Below, in pieces: positions 17,876 through 26,793 of a DNA stretch of 64,000 nucleotides. Origin of the DNA: an uncultured Eubacteriales bacterium (lineage in GTDB: Bacteria > Bacillota > Clostridia > Oscillospirales > CAG-272). Within the stretch, counting starts at the first letter, position 1, and each line of letters opens with the position of its first letter. The notes beneath the pieces are model-generated. The model saw only the letters and a program-made list of their open reading frames with translations, was not told the DNA's origin and searched no databases. The position numbers and the translations under genes are program-made. The DNA is taken from positions 39,417 through 103,416 of the forward strand of contig CAJLXA010000001.1 of the NCBI GenBank assembly GCA_905210485.1, given 5' to 3'.

Positions 17876-20008
17876 TCAGTTCCACGCAACGCCGTTTCCA
17901 TCGCAAACCGCCGTTACGGAAGTTTTTACGGAAACGCCGGCCGTCGTGTTGCCGAGAAGCACAACAAATCCGTTCATGGAAACGGGTGACTTCAGCGTTA
18001 TGACATCGGACACGACAAGATAACTGCCGGCGGTGAGACTGACGGAGGCGGTTTTTCCTATTTCCGAGAAATTGCCGCACATGGTCGATTCCCGGCTCAT
18101 ACCGCCGCTCCTGCCGACGGCGCACACAAGGCCGCCCGTGTAACGGTAACCCGCCTCGGTATCAATGGAAGAATCGGCGTTACCCGTGGAAATAATCACC
18201 GACCGGCCTCCGGAAAAGAGTATCCCGTCGTAGGACGAACGGCTGTTGGAATCCACACCGTCGCCGCCGGCCAGCACATAAAGCGTTCCGCCGGAGATTA
18301 CAATGCTTTCTCCGCTCGTACTCGTTCCGTTCAGACCGTCGTCGAACGAGATCACCGCAACATCGCCGCCGGATATTTCCACCGTTTCGCCTTCGATCCC
18401 CTCATAACTGCCCGTAATATTTACAGAACCTCCCGATACCGTTGCTTTGCCGTCGGCATGAATACCGTCGGCATTGCTGTAAAGGGTCAGGGTGCCTCCC
18501 GTAATCGTCACGTTGCCGAGCGGCGTTTCGCCGTTTTCAAGCGCCGTCCCGTTATCCGCATGCAGGCAATCATCGTAGGACTTCACCGTAACGGTTCCGG
18601 CGCCGATCGTGACGGCGTTCCCGGCCTTTATGCCTTTTGTGGAATAATCGCCTTTGTCGGTATTACCCTCGCTCATGCCGCCGGGGCCGCTCATGCCGCC
18701 CGCGCTTTGCTTCGTGTAATTCGTCCAGCCGAAACGTAAAGCGCCGCTTCTCACGCTGAGTGCGATGGTGTCGCAGGACGTATTGACCGACAGGCGTTCC
18801 GACGCGGCCGTATACGTCTCCTCCTGACCGGCCGTTTGCCCGTCCGCATATACGAACAGTTGCAGGTAACCGTAGCCGTCCGGCTTTTCTATTGGGTAAT
18901 AGCGATAATTGCCGACGGTCTTGCAATCGGAAGAATGATACCACACGGCGTCGCCCGCATCGTTTGTATACTTCAGCGAATAGTGATATATATCGGACGT
19001 GAACCGGATATAGATCACACTTTCCGCCGTCGTACTCACTTCCTCGGAATACGGAGAGTATTTATCGGTATAGACCGACAGCGTAAGCGCGGCGTTACTC
19101 TCGTCCACCGTCACATCGTGCGCCGCGTCAATGCCGTCGCATGCCGCATAAACAGTGATATCTCCGCCCGACAGAACAACGTCTCCGCGCTGTTTCCCCT
19201 TGGAAGAAAGATCGCTGTTTTTCGTTTTGATACCGTCTCCCGTCCGCGCGACGAGAACCACCGTCCCGGATTTCACGGTCACGCTGTCGTTTCCTTTCAG
19301 CGCATTGTCTTCGCACGTCACCTGCAGCGACAGATTTTTCACAGACAGATCGTCTTTTGTGTGGATCCCGTTATTGTTCTGCGATACGATATATAATGCG
19401 CCCTTGCCCTCAATATCCAGATCGCAATCCGCATACACGGCCGCGGATATGCCGCTTTCGTCGACGGCATCGCGCATATCATAGATATAGTTTTCCGTAT
19501 TTTTCTTTGCGGATATAGTGACTTTATCCGCGCCGATAAGCGTGATCGGCGCTTCCGTGTAAGAAGTCAGCGAAAGACCTGACAGAACAAGTTCCGTCTT
19601 ATAATCCTCATTTCCGGAAAGCGTAATATTGCCGTAAAAGCTCCCCGACAGCGTATAAACGCTGTCCGCGTCAAAGCCGGAAAAAACTATGGTGTTCTCC
19701 GTAACCGTAAAGGCACCGGCTGTCCCGGACGTACAGGTTATCGTCACGGTGGCGGTCTCTCCGGTCACATCGTCCCGGTATGTGTAGGAATCTCCGTCCT
19801 GAGAGACAAAGCGATAATTGTGTTCTTCCTCATCAATTTCCACATCTTTTACGGCGGAAGTGTCCGCCGCATCGCTTTCCGTATCCGATCCGCTGTCGGA
19901 AGTCGCCGCGTCCGTGTTGCCGCAGGAAGTGACCGTCAGACACAATAAAGCCACCGCAAGGATAAGGGAAACAAAAGACAAAAATCTGCTCTTCAATACT
20001 TTTTTCAT
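17876..20008 (-). CDS. surface lipoprotein with Cthe_2159-type parallel beta-helix repeats
   Basis: Signal peptide plus lipobox (LCLTVTSC). Repeated modules of the form GG.VTI/DGI.A, e.g. ITGGTLTLYSNADGIHADGKATVSGGSVNITGSYEGIEG, ISGGDVAVISFDDGLNG, ISGGTLYVLAGGDGVDS. Confidence 0.75.
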   Translation of the reverse strand: MKKVLKSRFLSFVSLILAVALLCLTVTSCGNTDAATSDSGSDTESDAADTSAVKDVEIDEEEHNYRFVSQDGDSYTYRDDVTGETATVTITCTSGTAGAFTVTENTIVFSGFDADSVYTLSGSFYGNITLSGNEDYKTELVLSGLSLTSYTEAPITLIGADKVTISAKKNTENYIYDMRDAVDESGISAAVYADCDLDIEGKGALYIVSQNNNGIHTKDDLSVKNLSLQVTCEDNALKGNDSVTVKSGTVVLVARTGDGIKTKNSDLSSKGKQRGDVVLSGGDITVYAACDGIDAAHDVTVDESNAALTLSVYTDKYSPYSEEVSTTAESVIYIRFTSDIYHYSLKYTNDAGDAVWYHSSDCKTVGNYRYYPIEKPDGYGYLQLFVYADGQTAGQEETYTAASERLSVNTSCDTIALSVRSGALRFGWTNYTKQSAGGMSGPGGMSEGNTDKGDYSTKGIKAGNAVTIGAGTVTVKSYDDCLHADNGTALENGETPLGNVTITGGTLTLYSNADGIHADGKATVSGGSVNITGSYEGIEGETVEISGGDVAVISFDDGLNGTSTSGESIVISGGTLYVLAGGDGVDSNSRSSYDGILFSGGRSVIISTGNADSSIDTEAGYRYTGGLVCAVGRSGGMSRESTMCGNFSEIGKTASVSLTAGSYLVVSDVITLKSPVSMNGFVVLLGNTTAGVSVKTSVTAVCDGNGVAWN

Positions 20009-20026
20009 TTTTACACCCCATTTTCA

Positions 20027-20716
20027 TTACAGACTGTTTTCGTCTTCGGCGCACCGGGAAAGCATTATCTCAAGGTTACCGTTTCTTACGCGGAGAGAAT
20101 CGGTAAACGTCTTTTCCGAAACGCCGTTTTTCATGATTACGTCATAGGTGAGTTTATAAAGGCTGCCCATATTGGCTGTCTTCACGGCGACCAGCGTATG
20201 CGCGTCGGTGAATTCACCGAAAATATCGTGGAATACGCCGTCAAAATCCAGGTCTTCCGGGATCGTCACTTTCAGGCGGCGGCACCTGTCGCCGTTCTTT
20301 TTCCTTTCGGTTACCGTCGCGGCCAAAAGAAGCGCGGCGCACATGATGACGGTAAAAAGTACGGCGAACGCAAGATACCCCACGCCGACGATAAGCCCCG
20401 AACACATCGCCATAAAGATGGCGGCGATTTCCCGCGCCGTCCCGGGTGCGGAACGGAAGCGCACGAGGGAAAAGGCTCCCGCCACCGCCACACCGACGCC
20501 GACATTACCGTTCACCATCATAATGGTCACGGCAACGACTGCCGGCAGAAAGAACAGGGCCGCGCGCAGACTGCCGCTGCTCTTCATACGGTACGAAAAG
20601 GCAAACCAATACAGCACGCCTGTAAAAAGCGCGACGCCGACGCAGGCAACAAAAATTCCGACAGACACCGTATCGGCGGCATCGCTCGCAAAAACACTGT
20701 TAAACCATTCACGCAT
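20027..20716 (-). CDS. DUF4956 domain membrane protein
   Basis: Polytopic. AFSLVRFRSAPGTAREIAAIFMAMCSGLIVGVGY matches the DUF4956 core as I recall it. ATG 20716 overlaps the upstream stop by 8 nt; the track ORF starts at 20815. Confidence 0.7.
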   Translation of the reverse strand: MREWFNSVFASDAADTVSVGIFVACVGVALFTGVLYWFAFSYRMKSSGSLRAALFFLPAVVAVTIMMVNGNVGVGVAVAGAFSLVRFRSAPGTAREIAAIFMAMCSGLIVGVGYLAFAVLFTVIMCAALLLAATVTERKKNGDRCRRLKVTIPEDLDFDGVFHDIFGEFTDAHTLVAVKTANMGSLYKLTYDVIMKNGVSEKTFTDSLRVRNGNLEIMLSRCAEDENSL

Positions 20717-21428
20717 AGATCGGATTCTCCGTTTTCTTTTGATTTTCGGGGGTATTCGCCATAGCAAGATAAGCGCGACCGTACTTGGAAAAAGAGGTTT
20801 TGTATATTTTTTCACACGACAGGGTCTTCGTGAGCCAGAGCGGTATCGCCGATGCGGCTTTGATCTCCATCAGCGTAAAATCGCCGGAAAGAAGCGGTGC
20901 GCCGTAGGTGCCGGACGCAAGCGATACGTCGCGGTCGCGGTAACGTATTCCGGTATCAAACGTAATCCTGAGATCACGGTCGGCAAGACCGAAAAACGCT
21001 TCCCGCATATAAGACAACCCGACCGCCGCCGTTACCCGGTAAAATGAGAGAAAATACGCAATTTCCCGCGTCACCTGCGAATACGGCCGCGGTTCCGCGA
21101 GGAATTCGCACGCCGCACGGTATGTCATCGGTTCGCGCCGTTTATACACCACAGACTCATATTTCTTTTTCAGTTCCAGAAACACCGTATCGTCGTCTTT
21201 CGGTATCCCGTAACTGCGTAAACGCAATTTTTCTTTATATACGGGACGTTCGAGAGAACGGCGGATAAGACGGTGATCCGGCGTATCGAAATAAACGTTC
21301 AGAATCGTGCTTTTTCCGTATTCGTCCGCCGTCATACGTCCCGTCATGGCCGCGCGCACGGCGGCGTACTGCGCCGGCGTCAGAAGAAACTTCAGTTCGT
21401 ATCGTTTGAAATATTTTGTGAATTCCAT
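20709..21428 (-). CDS. VTC (polyphosphate polymerase-like, CYTH/triphosphate tunnel) domain protein
   Basis: FKRYELKFLL, ILNVYFDTPD, EKLRLRSYG, VFLELKKKY, LRITFDTGIRYR and TLMEIKA are alternating charged beta-strands typical of the tunnel fold. GGAGG RBS. Confidence 0.75.
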   Translation of the reverse strand: MEFTKYFKRYELKFLLTPAQYAAVRAAMTGRMTADEYGKSTILNVYFDTPDHRLIRRSLERPVYKEKLRLRSYGIPKDDDTVFLELKKKYESVVYKRREPMTYRAACEFLAEPRPYSQVTREIAYFLSFYRVTAAVGLSYMREAFFGLADRDLRITFDTGIRYRDRDVSLASGTYGAPLLSGDFTLMEIKAASAIPLWLTKTLSCEKIYKTSFSKYGRAYLAMANTPENQKKTENPIYA

Positions 21429-21907
21429 GGATGTTTTCCTCCATAAAACGGGGAATAAAGATTCATTTTACCGAAAAGCGCCCATGCCGCACAAAACGAC
21501 GCCAGCGTCACCGACAGAATGAAAAGAACCACATATAACGTCCGCGCGCCGCCCGCGCTACCGTTTCCGTCCGGCATCGGCGCCCGGTCGCCCTCCGCAG
21601 GAGCGGCAGGGAAAGACGGTCGTTCATCGCCGGTAACGCCGTTATTTTCATCGTCGCCCGCCACGATCCGGTCGTCCGTGATCTCGTCCGTCGCGCCGGG
21701 AAGCGCCGGCGGTTGTTCCCCGTTACGGTCGCCGCCTTCCGCAAAACCGGGGGAAGGTCTTCCCGATATAAAAGATTCGTCATTCCGCGGATCCGTGCCG
21801 GCGGCCGCCGTCCCAGTACCGAATAAGCGAATACCCGAAAAAACGGCGGCGGCAACGGCGGTAAAAAACAGAACGCTCAGGATCACGTTTTTCATACAGC
21901 GTGTCAT
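21392..21907 (-). CDS. hypothetical bitopic membrane protein with Gly/Pro/Asp-rich linker
   Basis: N-terminal TM or signal (VILSVLFFTAVAAAVF), a low-complexity acidic middle, and a C-terminal TM (LYVVLFILSVTLASFCAAWALF). It overlaps the VTC start by 37 nt and is the first gene after the promoter box. Confidence 0.5.
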   Translation of the reverse strand: MTRCMKNVILSVLFFTAVAAAVFSGIRLFGTGTAAAGTDPRNDESFISGRPSPGFAEGGDRNGEQPPALPGATDEITDDRIVAGDDENNGVTGDERPSFPAAPAEGDRAPMPDGNGSAGGARTLYVVLFILSVTLASFCAAWALFGKMNLYSPFYGGKHPWNSQNISNDTN

Positions 21908-21939
21908 CGCAGGATACCCCTTTTCTTTTTTGATACCTC

Positions 21940-21976
21940 ATTATAACCCGCCACCCTAAAGCCGCGCTAAAGAAAA
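21940..21976 (-). promoter_or_regulatory. promoter with direct-repeat response-regulator box (VTC operon)
   Basis: Minus strand: TTTTCTTTAG-CGCGG-CTTTAGG-GTGGCGGGT-TATAAT. CTTTAG hexamers at 21972-21967 and 21961-21956; -10 at 21945-21940. Confidence 0.6.
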
Positions 21977-22094
21977 GAAAGGTTATTGTCATTTTTTTGC
22001 TTGCCGTTTTCCCGTAAGGAAATATCCGGCACAGGGTACCGAAGAATCGCAAAAGTCCCCGGCACCGTATAACCGGCTGCCGGGGATCTCACTG

Positions 22095-22123
22095 TAAAAA
22101 ATACCCTCCGTAAAAAGGAGGGC
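22095..22123 (-). terminator. intrinsic terminator after the histidine kinase gene
   Basis: Minus strand: CCCTCC-TTTTTAC-GGAGGG followed by TATTTTTT. A second GC-rich hairpin (CCCCGGCA/TGCCGGGG) lies at about 22053-22092. Confidence 0.6.
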
Positions 22124-22170
22124 ATTATATATCTTTTATAATGTATATCTTTATTTACATTTTATACGCT

Positions 22171-23445
22171 TTATTCTGCACGCAGAGTTACCCGGAAACC
22201 GATTACGTTTCTGTCTTTGCTGTACGCCTCGATCGTGCCGCGATGCTGTTCCACCGTTGCCTTTGCAATGGAAAGACCGATGCCGAAGCCGCTCCCCGCC
22301 GTACGGGCGCGGTCGGCGCGGTAGAACCGATCGAACAGACGATCGAGCGGCGTATCGCCGACGCCGCAAAAATCATTTTCCACCGTCAGCACGGCGCGGC
22401 GGCCGCGCATCAACGTCACGCGTATGGTTCCGCCCGCGTCGCAATACTTGACCGCGTTATCCAGCAGTATGGCGAGCACGCGCCGGAGCGCGCCCTCGTC
22501 GCCGTTCACGGTGACGTCCGGCGCAATATCCGCGCATAGATGTTTTCCCCCGGCTTCGGCAAGCGGAGAAAATTCGGAGACAGTGTCGAGCGCGGTTTCC
22601 GAAAGCGAAAAAGGAGTGGTCACGACGCGCGGCCTGTCTTCGTCCATACGCGTCAGCGTAATCAGGCGGCCGACAAGTTCGGTCATGCGCAGGCTTTCCG
22701 TCCGTATATCGTCCAGCCATTCGCTTTTGCCGAGTTCGTTTTCCGCGATGTCAAGGTCGGTCAGAATCAGCGTCAGCGGCGTTTTCAGCTCGTGATTGGC
22801 GTCGGTGACAAAGCGCCGCTGTTTTTCATAACTCTCGGCCGCGGGACGCACCGCTTTCTTTGAGAAAATGACAATCAGCAGAAGTACCACGGCAAAACTG
22901 CAGGAAAGAATTCCAAGAGCGCCGAGAACAAAACGCCGCGACTGACTGCGGTTCATCGTACCGTCGACAAACGTTACGGCCATGCCGTCTTCCGCCGTAT
23001 ATATCTTATAGCGGAAATTGTCCTTCCACCCGCGCGCGGCGCCCTTATCCATCACAGCGTCGGCATAAAGAACGGCCGCGTTTTCGTCCACGGTATGAAT
23101 GGCCTCGGTATTCACACGGACAACATTGCCGTTCCCGTCATAAAAAACCGTAAAACTGCGCGTGCTGAAGCGCGTTTCACCGCCGATAAAATCCGGTTGC
23201 TTGTCCTTTTTCGGGGGAGGCGGCGTGTTTTCATCCATATCGTCTTTCGCATCGTCTTTCGCGCCGTCGCCGTCAAAATCGGGAAAGCGCCCCATGCCCT
23301 CGGATACCGCGTCGGTCAGCGTATCCATGGTACGGTCAACCGAAACGGCCGCATACACGGCAATCAAGGAAAAAATGAACAAAAACACGATACACAGAGA
23401 CGCCGTACTGATAAGAATGAATTTGCGCCGCAGTTTATAAATCAT
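22171..23445 (-). CDS. sensor histidine kinase
   Basis: Two TMs flank an extracytoplasmic domain of about 190 aa. H-box ANHELKTPLT, N-box LLDNAVKY, G-box GSGFGIGLSIAK. ATG 23445 overlaps the RR stop (ATGA); the track ORF starts at 23577. Confidence 0.88.
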   Translation of the reverse strand: MIYKLRRKFILISTASLCIVFLFIFSLIAVYAAVSVDRTMDTLTDAVSEGMGRFPDFDGDGAKDDAKDDMDENTPPPPKKDKQPDFIGGETRFSTRSFTVFYDGNGNVVRVNTEAIHTVDENAAVLYADAVMDKGAARGWKDNFRYKIYTAEDGMAVTFVDGTMNRSQSRRFVLGALGILSCSFAVVLLLIVIFSKKAVRPAAESYEKQRRFVTDANHELKTPLTLILTDLDIAENELGKSEWLDDIRTESLRMTELVGRLITLTRMDEDRPRVVTTPFSLSETALDTVSEFSPLAEAGGKHLCADIAPDVTVNGDEGALRRVLAILLDNAVKYCDAGGTIRVTLMRGRRAVLTVENDFCGVGDTPLDRLFDRFYRADRARTAGSGFGIGLSIAKATVEQHRGTIEAYSKDRNVIGFRVTLRAE

Positions 23446-24116
23446 TTGTTTGCCTCCAGAATATATCCGACGCCGCGGAGAAACCGGATCGACAGGCGGG
23501 AACCGATCGCCTCCGCTTTCTTGCGGATATTGGAAATATGCACCCACACCACGCTGGTGTCGACCGTTGTATCCCAACCCCAGATATGCGTTATCAATTG
23601 CTCTGTGGAAAAGACCGTCTTCGGGCGGCTCATCAGCATTTCCATAATCTGAAATTCCTTACCGCTCAGCGATTCCGTTTTTCCGTCGCAGGAAAGTTCG
23701 TATGTGGAACGGTTCAGGGTCGTCCCCTCCCATGTCAGAAGATCGGGCGTGAAGTGGTCTCTGCGACGGAGCATGGCGCGTACCCGCGCCAACAGTTCCG
23801 GCGTGGAAAAAGGCTTCGGCAGATAGTCGTCCGCTCCGGCGTCCAGCCCCTCTATCCTTTGCGAAACCTCGGTGCGCGCGGTCAGAAAAAGCGCAGGCGC
23901 GGTAATGCCGGCGGCGCGCAGTTTCCGCAATACCGTGATGCCGTCCGCTTCGGGCATCATAATATCGAAAACAAAGCCGTCATATTCGCCGCTCAAGGCA
24001 TAGTCATAGGCGTCGCGCCCGTTCTCCACGCCGTCGGCCGCGTATTGATTCGATTTGAAAATATACAGCAGGGATTTCAGAAGACGGGGATCGTCTTCCG
24101 CAACAAGTAATCGCAT
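23442..24116 (-). CDS. OmpR-family response regulator
   Basis: Receiver domain MRLLVAEDDP...FDIMMPEADG. Winged-helix output LSGKEFQIMEMLMSRPKTVFSTEQLITHIWG. AAAGGAG RBS. Confidence 0.9.
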   Translation of the reverse strand: MRLLVAEDDPRLLKSLLYIFKSNQYAADGVENGRDAYDYALSGEYDGFVFDIMMPEADGITVLRKLRAAGITAPALFLTARTEVSQRIEGLDAGADDYLPKPFSTPELLARVRAMLRRRDHFTPDLLTWEGTTLNRSTYELSCDGKTESLSGKEFQIMEMLMSRPKTVFSTEQLITHIWGWDTTVDTSVVWVHISNIRKKAEAIGSRLSIRFLRGVGYILEANK

Positions 24117-24262
24117 GGCACAGCTCCTTTCCCGATTCACGGTTACACCGATTTGCGGCAATATAACGGAAAAAAGTCCGTCGCCGCTGTTATGCGCTTC
24201 GCTTTATTTCCGATGATCTCCCGCGCGAAAGACCCTTATGCGGATCTTTTTATTATAACGCT

Positions 24263-24299
24263 ATTATACCGCGCCTGCCTAAAGCCTGCCTAAAGAAAA
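24263..24299 (-). promoter_or_regulatory. promoter with the same direct-repeat box (TCS operon)
   Basis: Minus strand: TTTTCTTTAG-GCAGG-CTTTAGG-CAGGCGCGG-TATAAT. Hexamers at 24295-24290 and 24284-24279; -10 at 24268-24263. Spacing is identical to the box at 21940-21976. Confidence 0.6.
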
Positions 24300-24459
24300 C
24301 GCGGTTCAAAAACATTTTCGACATTCGTTTACAGTATAACACATTGCCTTCGTTTTTGCAACGCGCATTTTTGTCTTTCGCGCCGGCTGTCCGCACAAAC
24401 CGCCTGTAAAAACAAGACCGGAGCAACACTGTGCCCCGGCCCTGGAATTCCGCTCCGCT

Positions 24460-24915
24460 TTATGCTTTACACAAGCGGCGGATATAGTTTTTCTCTCTGA
24501 ACGAAATCTTTCCGTCCACCGTCACTACGCAAAGGCAAAGCGTAACAATGTCTTCACGGAAGTCTTCGTCTATATCCGCCAGAAGCGAAAGGAGACTTTC
24601 GGTATAAACCCTGACGGCTTTCCGACCGTCGCGGTCTTTTGCAAAGGCGCTTTTGACCGACGCAAAATCGAAATCGTCGCCGAACGCTTTCAGAAGCGCC
24701 GGATAAATCAGGAGATATTCCTGCTCATTCAGGCGGCCGTCCGCGACCACCGAACCGATGATAAATCCGGAAAGCGTTTCAACGGGGTCGATCCCCTGCA
24801 CTGCCATCAGTTTCAGCTTTCCGAGCACCTTTACCGATTTTTCGGCAAGAATGGCACCGCGTTCGACAACATTCAGATTTTCAAAGGAATTGCACAATTT
24901 TGTAAACTCAAACAT
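24460..24915 (-). CDS. TerB-like (tellurite resistance TerB family) protein
   Basis: Two ADG/VDG...E repeats (SVVADGRLNEQEYLLI; VVTVDGKISFREKNYI) typical of the TerB fold. AAAGGAG RBS 33 nt after the permease stop. Confidence 0.6.
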   Translation of the reverse strand: MFEFTKLCNSFENLNVVERGAILAEKSVKVLGKLKLMAVQGIDPVETLSGFIIGSVVADGRLNEQEYLLIYPALLKAFGDDFDFASVKSAFAKDRDGRKAVRVYTESLLSLLADIDEDFREDIVTLCLCVVTVDGKISFREKNYIRRLCKA

Positions 24916-24948
24916 ACATTTATTCTCCTTTTATTTTGTTTTTCATCA

Positions 24949-26793
24949 TCAAAGCGGCAGGTCTTTCTTCGTGAACCGAACGGCGCCGAGCGCATAACCG
25001 ACAATACCGAGCACGGCAAGAATGGCGAATTTCCAGATAAACGCCCCGGTACCGTCCATGATCGAGATCACGTCAAACAGCGAAATGATCGTTACATGGT
25101 TGAAATTGTTCAGCGCGTCAAGACGGACAACGGAGGGAATGACGGGACTGCCGAACAGGCCGAGCATGGCGGCAACAAGCGCGAATATGCTGAGGCCGCC
25201 GCCGATCGCCATGGAGCGTTTGCTTCTGTCAAACCAGCAGGACGTGAAGAAGCAGAGTCCCGACAGGGCGAGAAGCACCGCAAAGGCGCCGACATTCAGA
25301 AGAATCAGTTTTCCGTAGGTAAGATTCACGTCCTCTTTTACGATGGAAAGGCAAACGCATCCCGTTGCCGTGGTCAGGGCAAACATGCAGAAGAGCGAGC
25401 CGATAAGATAGACGGCCTGCGTGAAAACGACCGTGCTTCTTTTCGTTGACGTGGAGAGGACATAGGCCATGGAGCCGCTGTCCACCTGTCCCGCGATCAG
25501 GTTATTCGACGCCATGATCATATAGATGATCGGCAGAAGAAGACCGGCGAGTTTATAGAAGATTGAACCGACGATGAGCGTATAAAGATCCGCTTTTCCG
25601 ACCTCTTCCAGGGCGTCGGACACTTCTTTCGGAAGCGAGGACAGAAGGCTGCTGGCAATTTTGGAAGCCAGCGATTCGGTCTTATCGGCAACGGCCGTCC
25701 GATAGGCTTCGTCATTTTCAAATCCGCCGTTTTCATACTGCTCTTTCAATAGCGAAAGTTCATAATCAAGACGGTTGCGGTAGGTTATGACCGCCGTAGC
25801 AGACATATGTTTCAAAGAACCATACGTGTAGCCGAAACTGTCATATTTTTCGCTTGTCACGCCGAAAGACGCCAGATTTTCCACGATCTTGTCCACGTTT
25901 GCCTGTTCGGTCATATTTCCGGCAAGGAACATGGCGGAGTAATCTTCCGCACGGTCGGCACGGTATTCCGTGCGTTCGTCGGACGTAAGGTATGCGTCCG
26001 CGTCGCCGGCCGCAATATGCGTGATGAGCGAGAGAATATCATAATTTTCAAGCGTATCCTCTTTTTCACCGTGTGCAATGTAGAAATCGTTGAACATTTT
26101 GTTCGGATTCAGGGCGTACATCACCGAACCCAGCATTTCCTGCGCTTCGGTGGATTCCCGCGTATAGGCGGGATCGCAGGCAAGCGCCTTTGTATACATA
26201 TATTCCTGCACTTCTTCCGCGGCAAAGGAATAAGCGACTTTCACGGCATTTTCCTGCGTAGCGGGCGAGTCATTCTTCCACGCGACCATCGCGGCGGCGT
26301 AATCCGCAGGATTCCCGTAATTTCCGGGTTCCGGCATGGCCGCCTGCCAATCGGTCACGCTTTTTTCATATGCCGCGCCCGCCGCGGTCTTCATTTCGGG
26401 TTTCATGCCCTGCCAGGCGGCAACTGCCGCGGCATACTGCACGGGATCGGTTATCTCCGACTGCTGCGGCATGGCCGAAAGCCATTTAAGGTAGGAAAGC
26501 GTATCCGTTGCGTCGGCGGCGAAATATTTGTCGAAAGCGCCGAGACCGTCTGTGGCGTTGGCATAATAATTGATGGCGCGTTTTTCAAGTTGTGCGTCGA
26601 TTTCTTTCGTGATAATGGTATCCTGAATGGAATTTTTGACTTCGCCGATGCTCCCGCTTCCCGAAATCAGCATCACGCAGGCGAGCATAAAGCAAACGGC
26701 GGCGGTGATGATGCTCCACATCGTGCCGTTGGCCTTGCAGGACTGTTTAAAAAGTGCTTTACTGAACATGACTCTCTGTCTCCTTTTTCCCAA
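24949..26793 (-). CDS. ABC-2-type transporter permease with large extracytoplasmic domain
   Basis: One N-terminal TM, a soluble domain of about 330 aa, then 5-6 C-terminal TMs. It overlaps the upstream ATPase gene. Confidence 0.7.
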   Translation of the reverse strand: MGKRRQRVMFSKALFKQSCKANGTMWSIITAAVCFMLACVMLISGSGSIGEVKNSIQDTIITKEIDAQLEKRAINYYANATDGLGAFDKYFAADATDTLSYLKWLSAMPQQSEITDPVQYAAAVAAWQGMKPEMKTAAGAAYEKSVTDWQAAMPEPGNYGNPADYAAAMVAWKNDSPATQENAVKVAYSFAAEEVQEYMYTKALACDPAYTRESTEAQEMLGSVMYALNPNKMFNDFYIAHGEKEDTLENYDILSLITHIAAGDADAYLTSDERTEYRADRAEDYSAMFLAGNMTEQANVDKIVENLASFGVTSEKYDSFGYTYGSLKHMSATAVITYRNRLDYELSLLKEQYENGGFENDEAYRTAVADKTESLASKIASSLLSSLPKEVSDALEEVGKADLYTLIVGSIFYKLAGLLLPIIYMIMASNNLIAGQVDSGSMAYVLSTSTKRSTVVFTQAVYLIGSLFCMFALTTATGCVCLSIVKEDVNLTYGKLILLNVGAFAVLLALSGLCFFTSCWFDRSKRSMAIGGGLSIFALVAAMLGLFGSPVIPSVVRLDALNNFNHVTIISLFDVISIMDGTGAFIWKFAILAVLGIVGYALGAVRFTKKDLPL

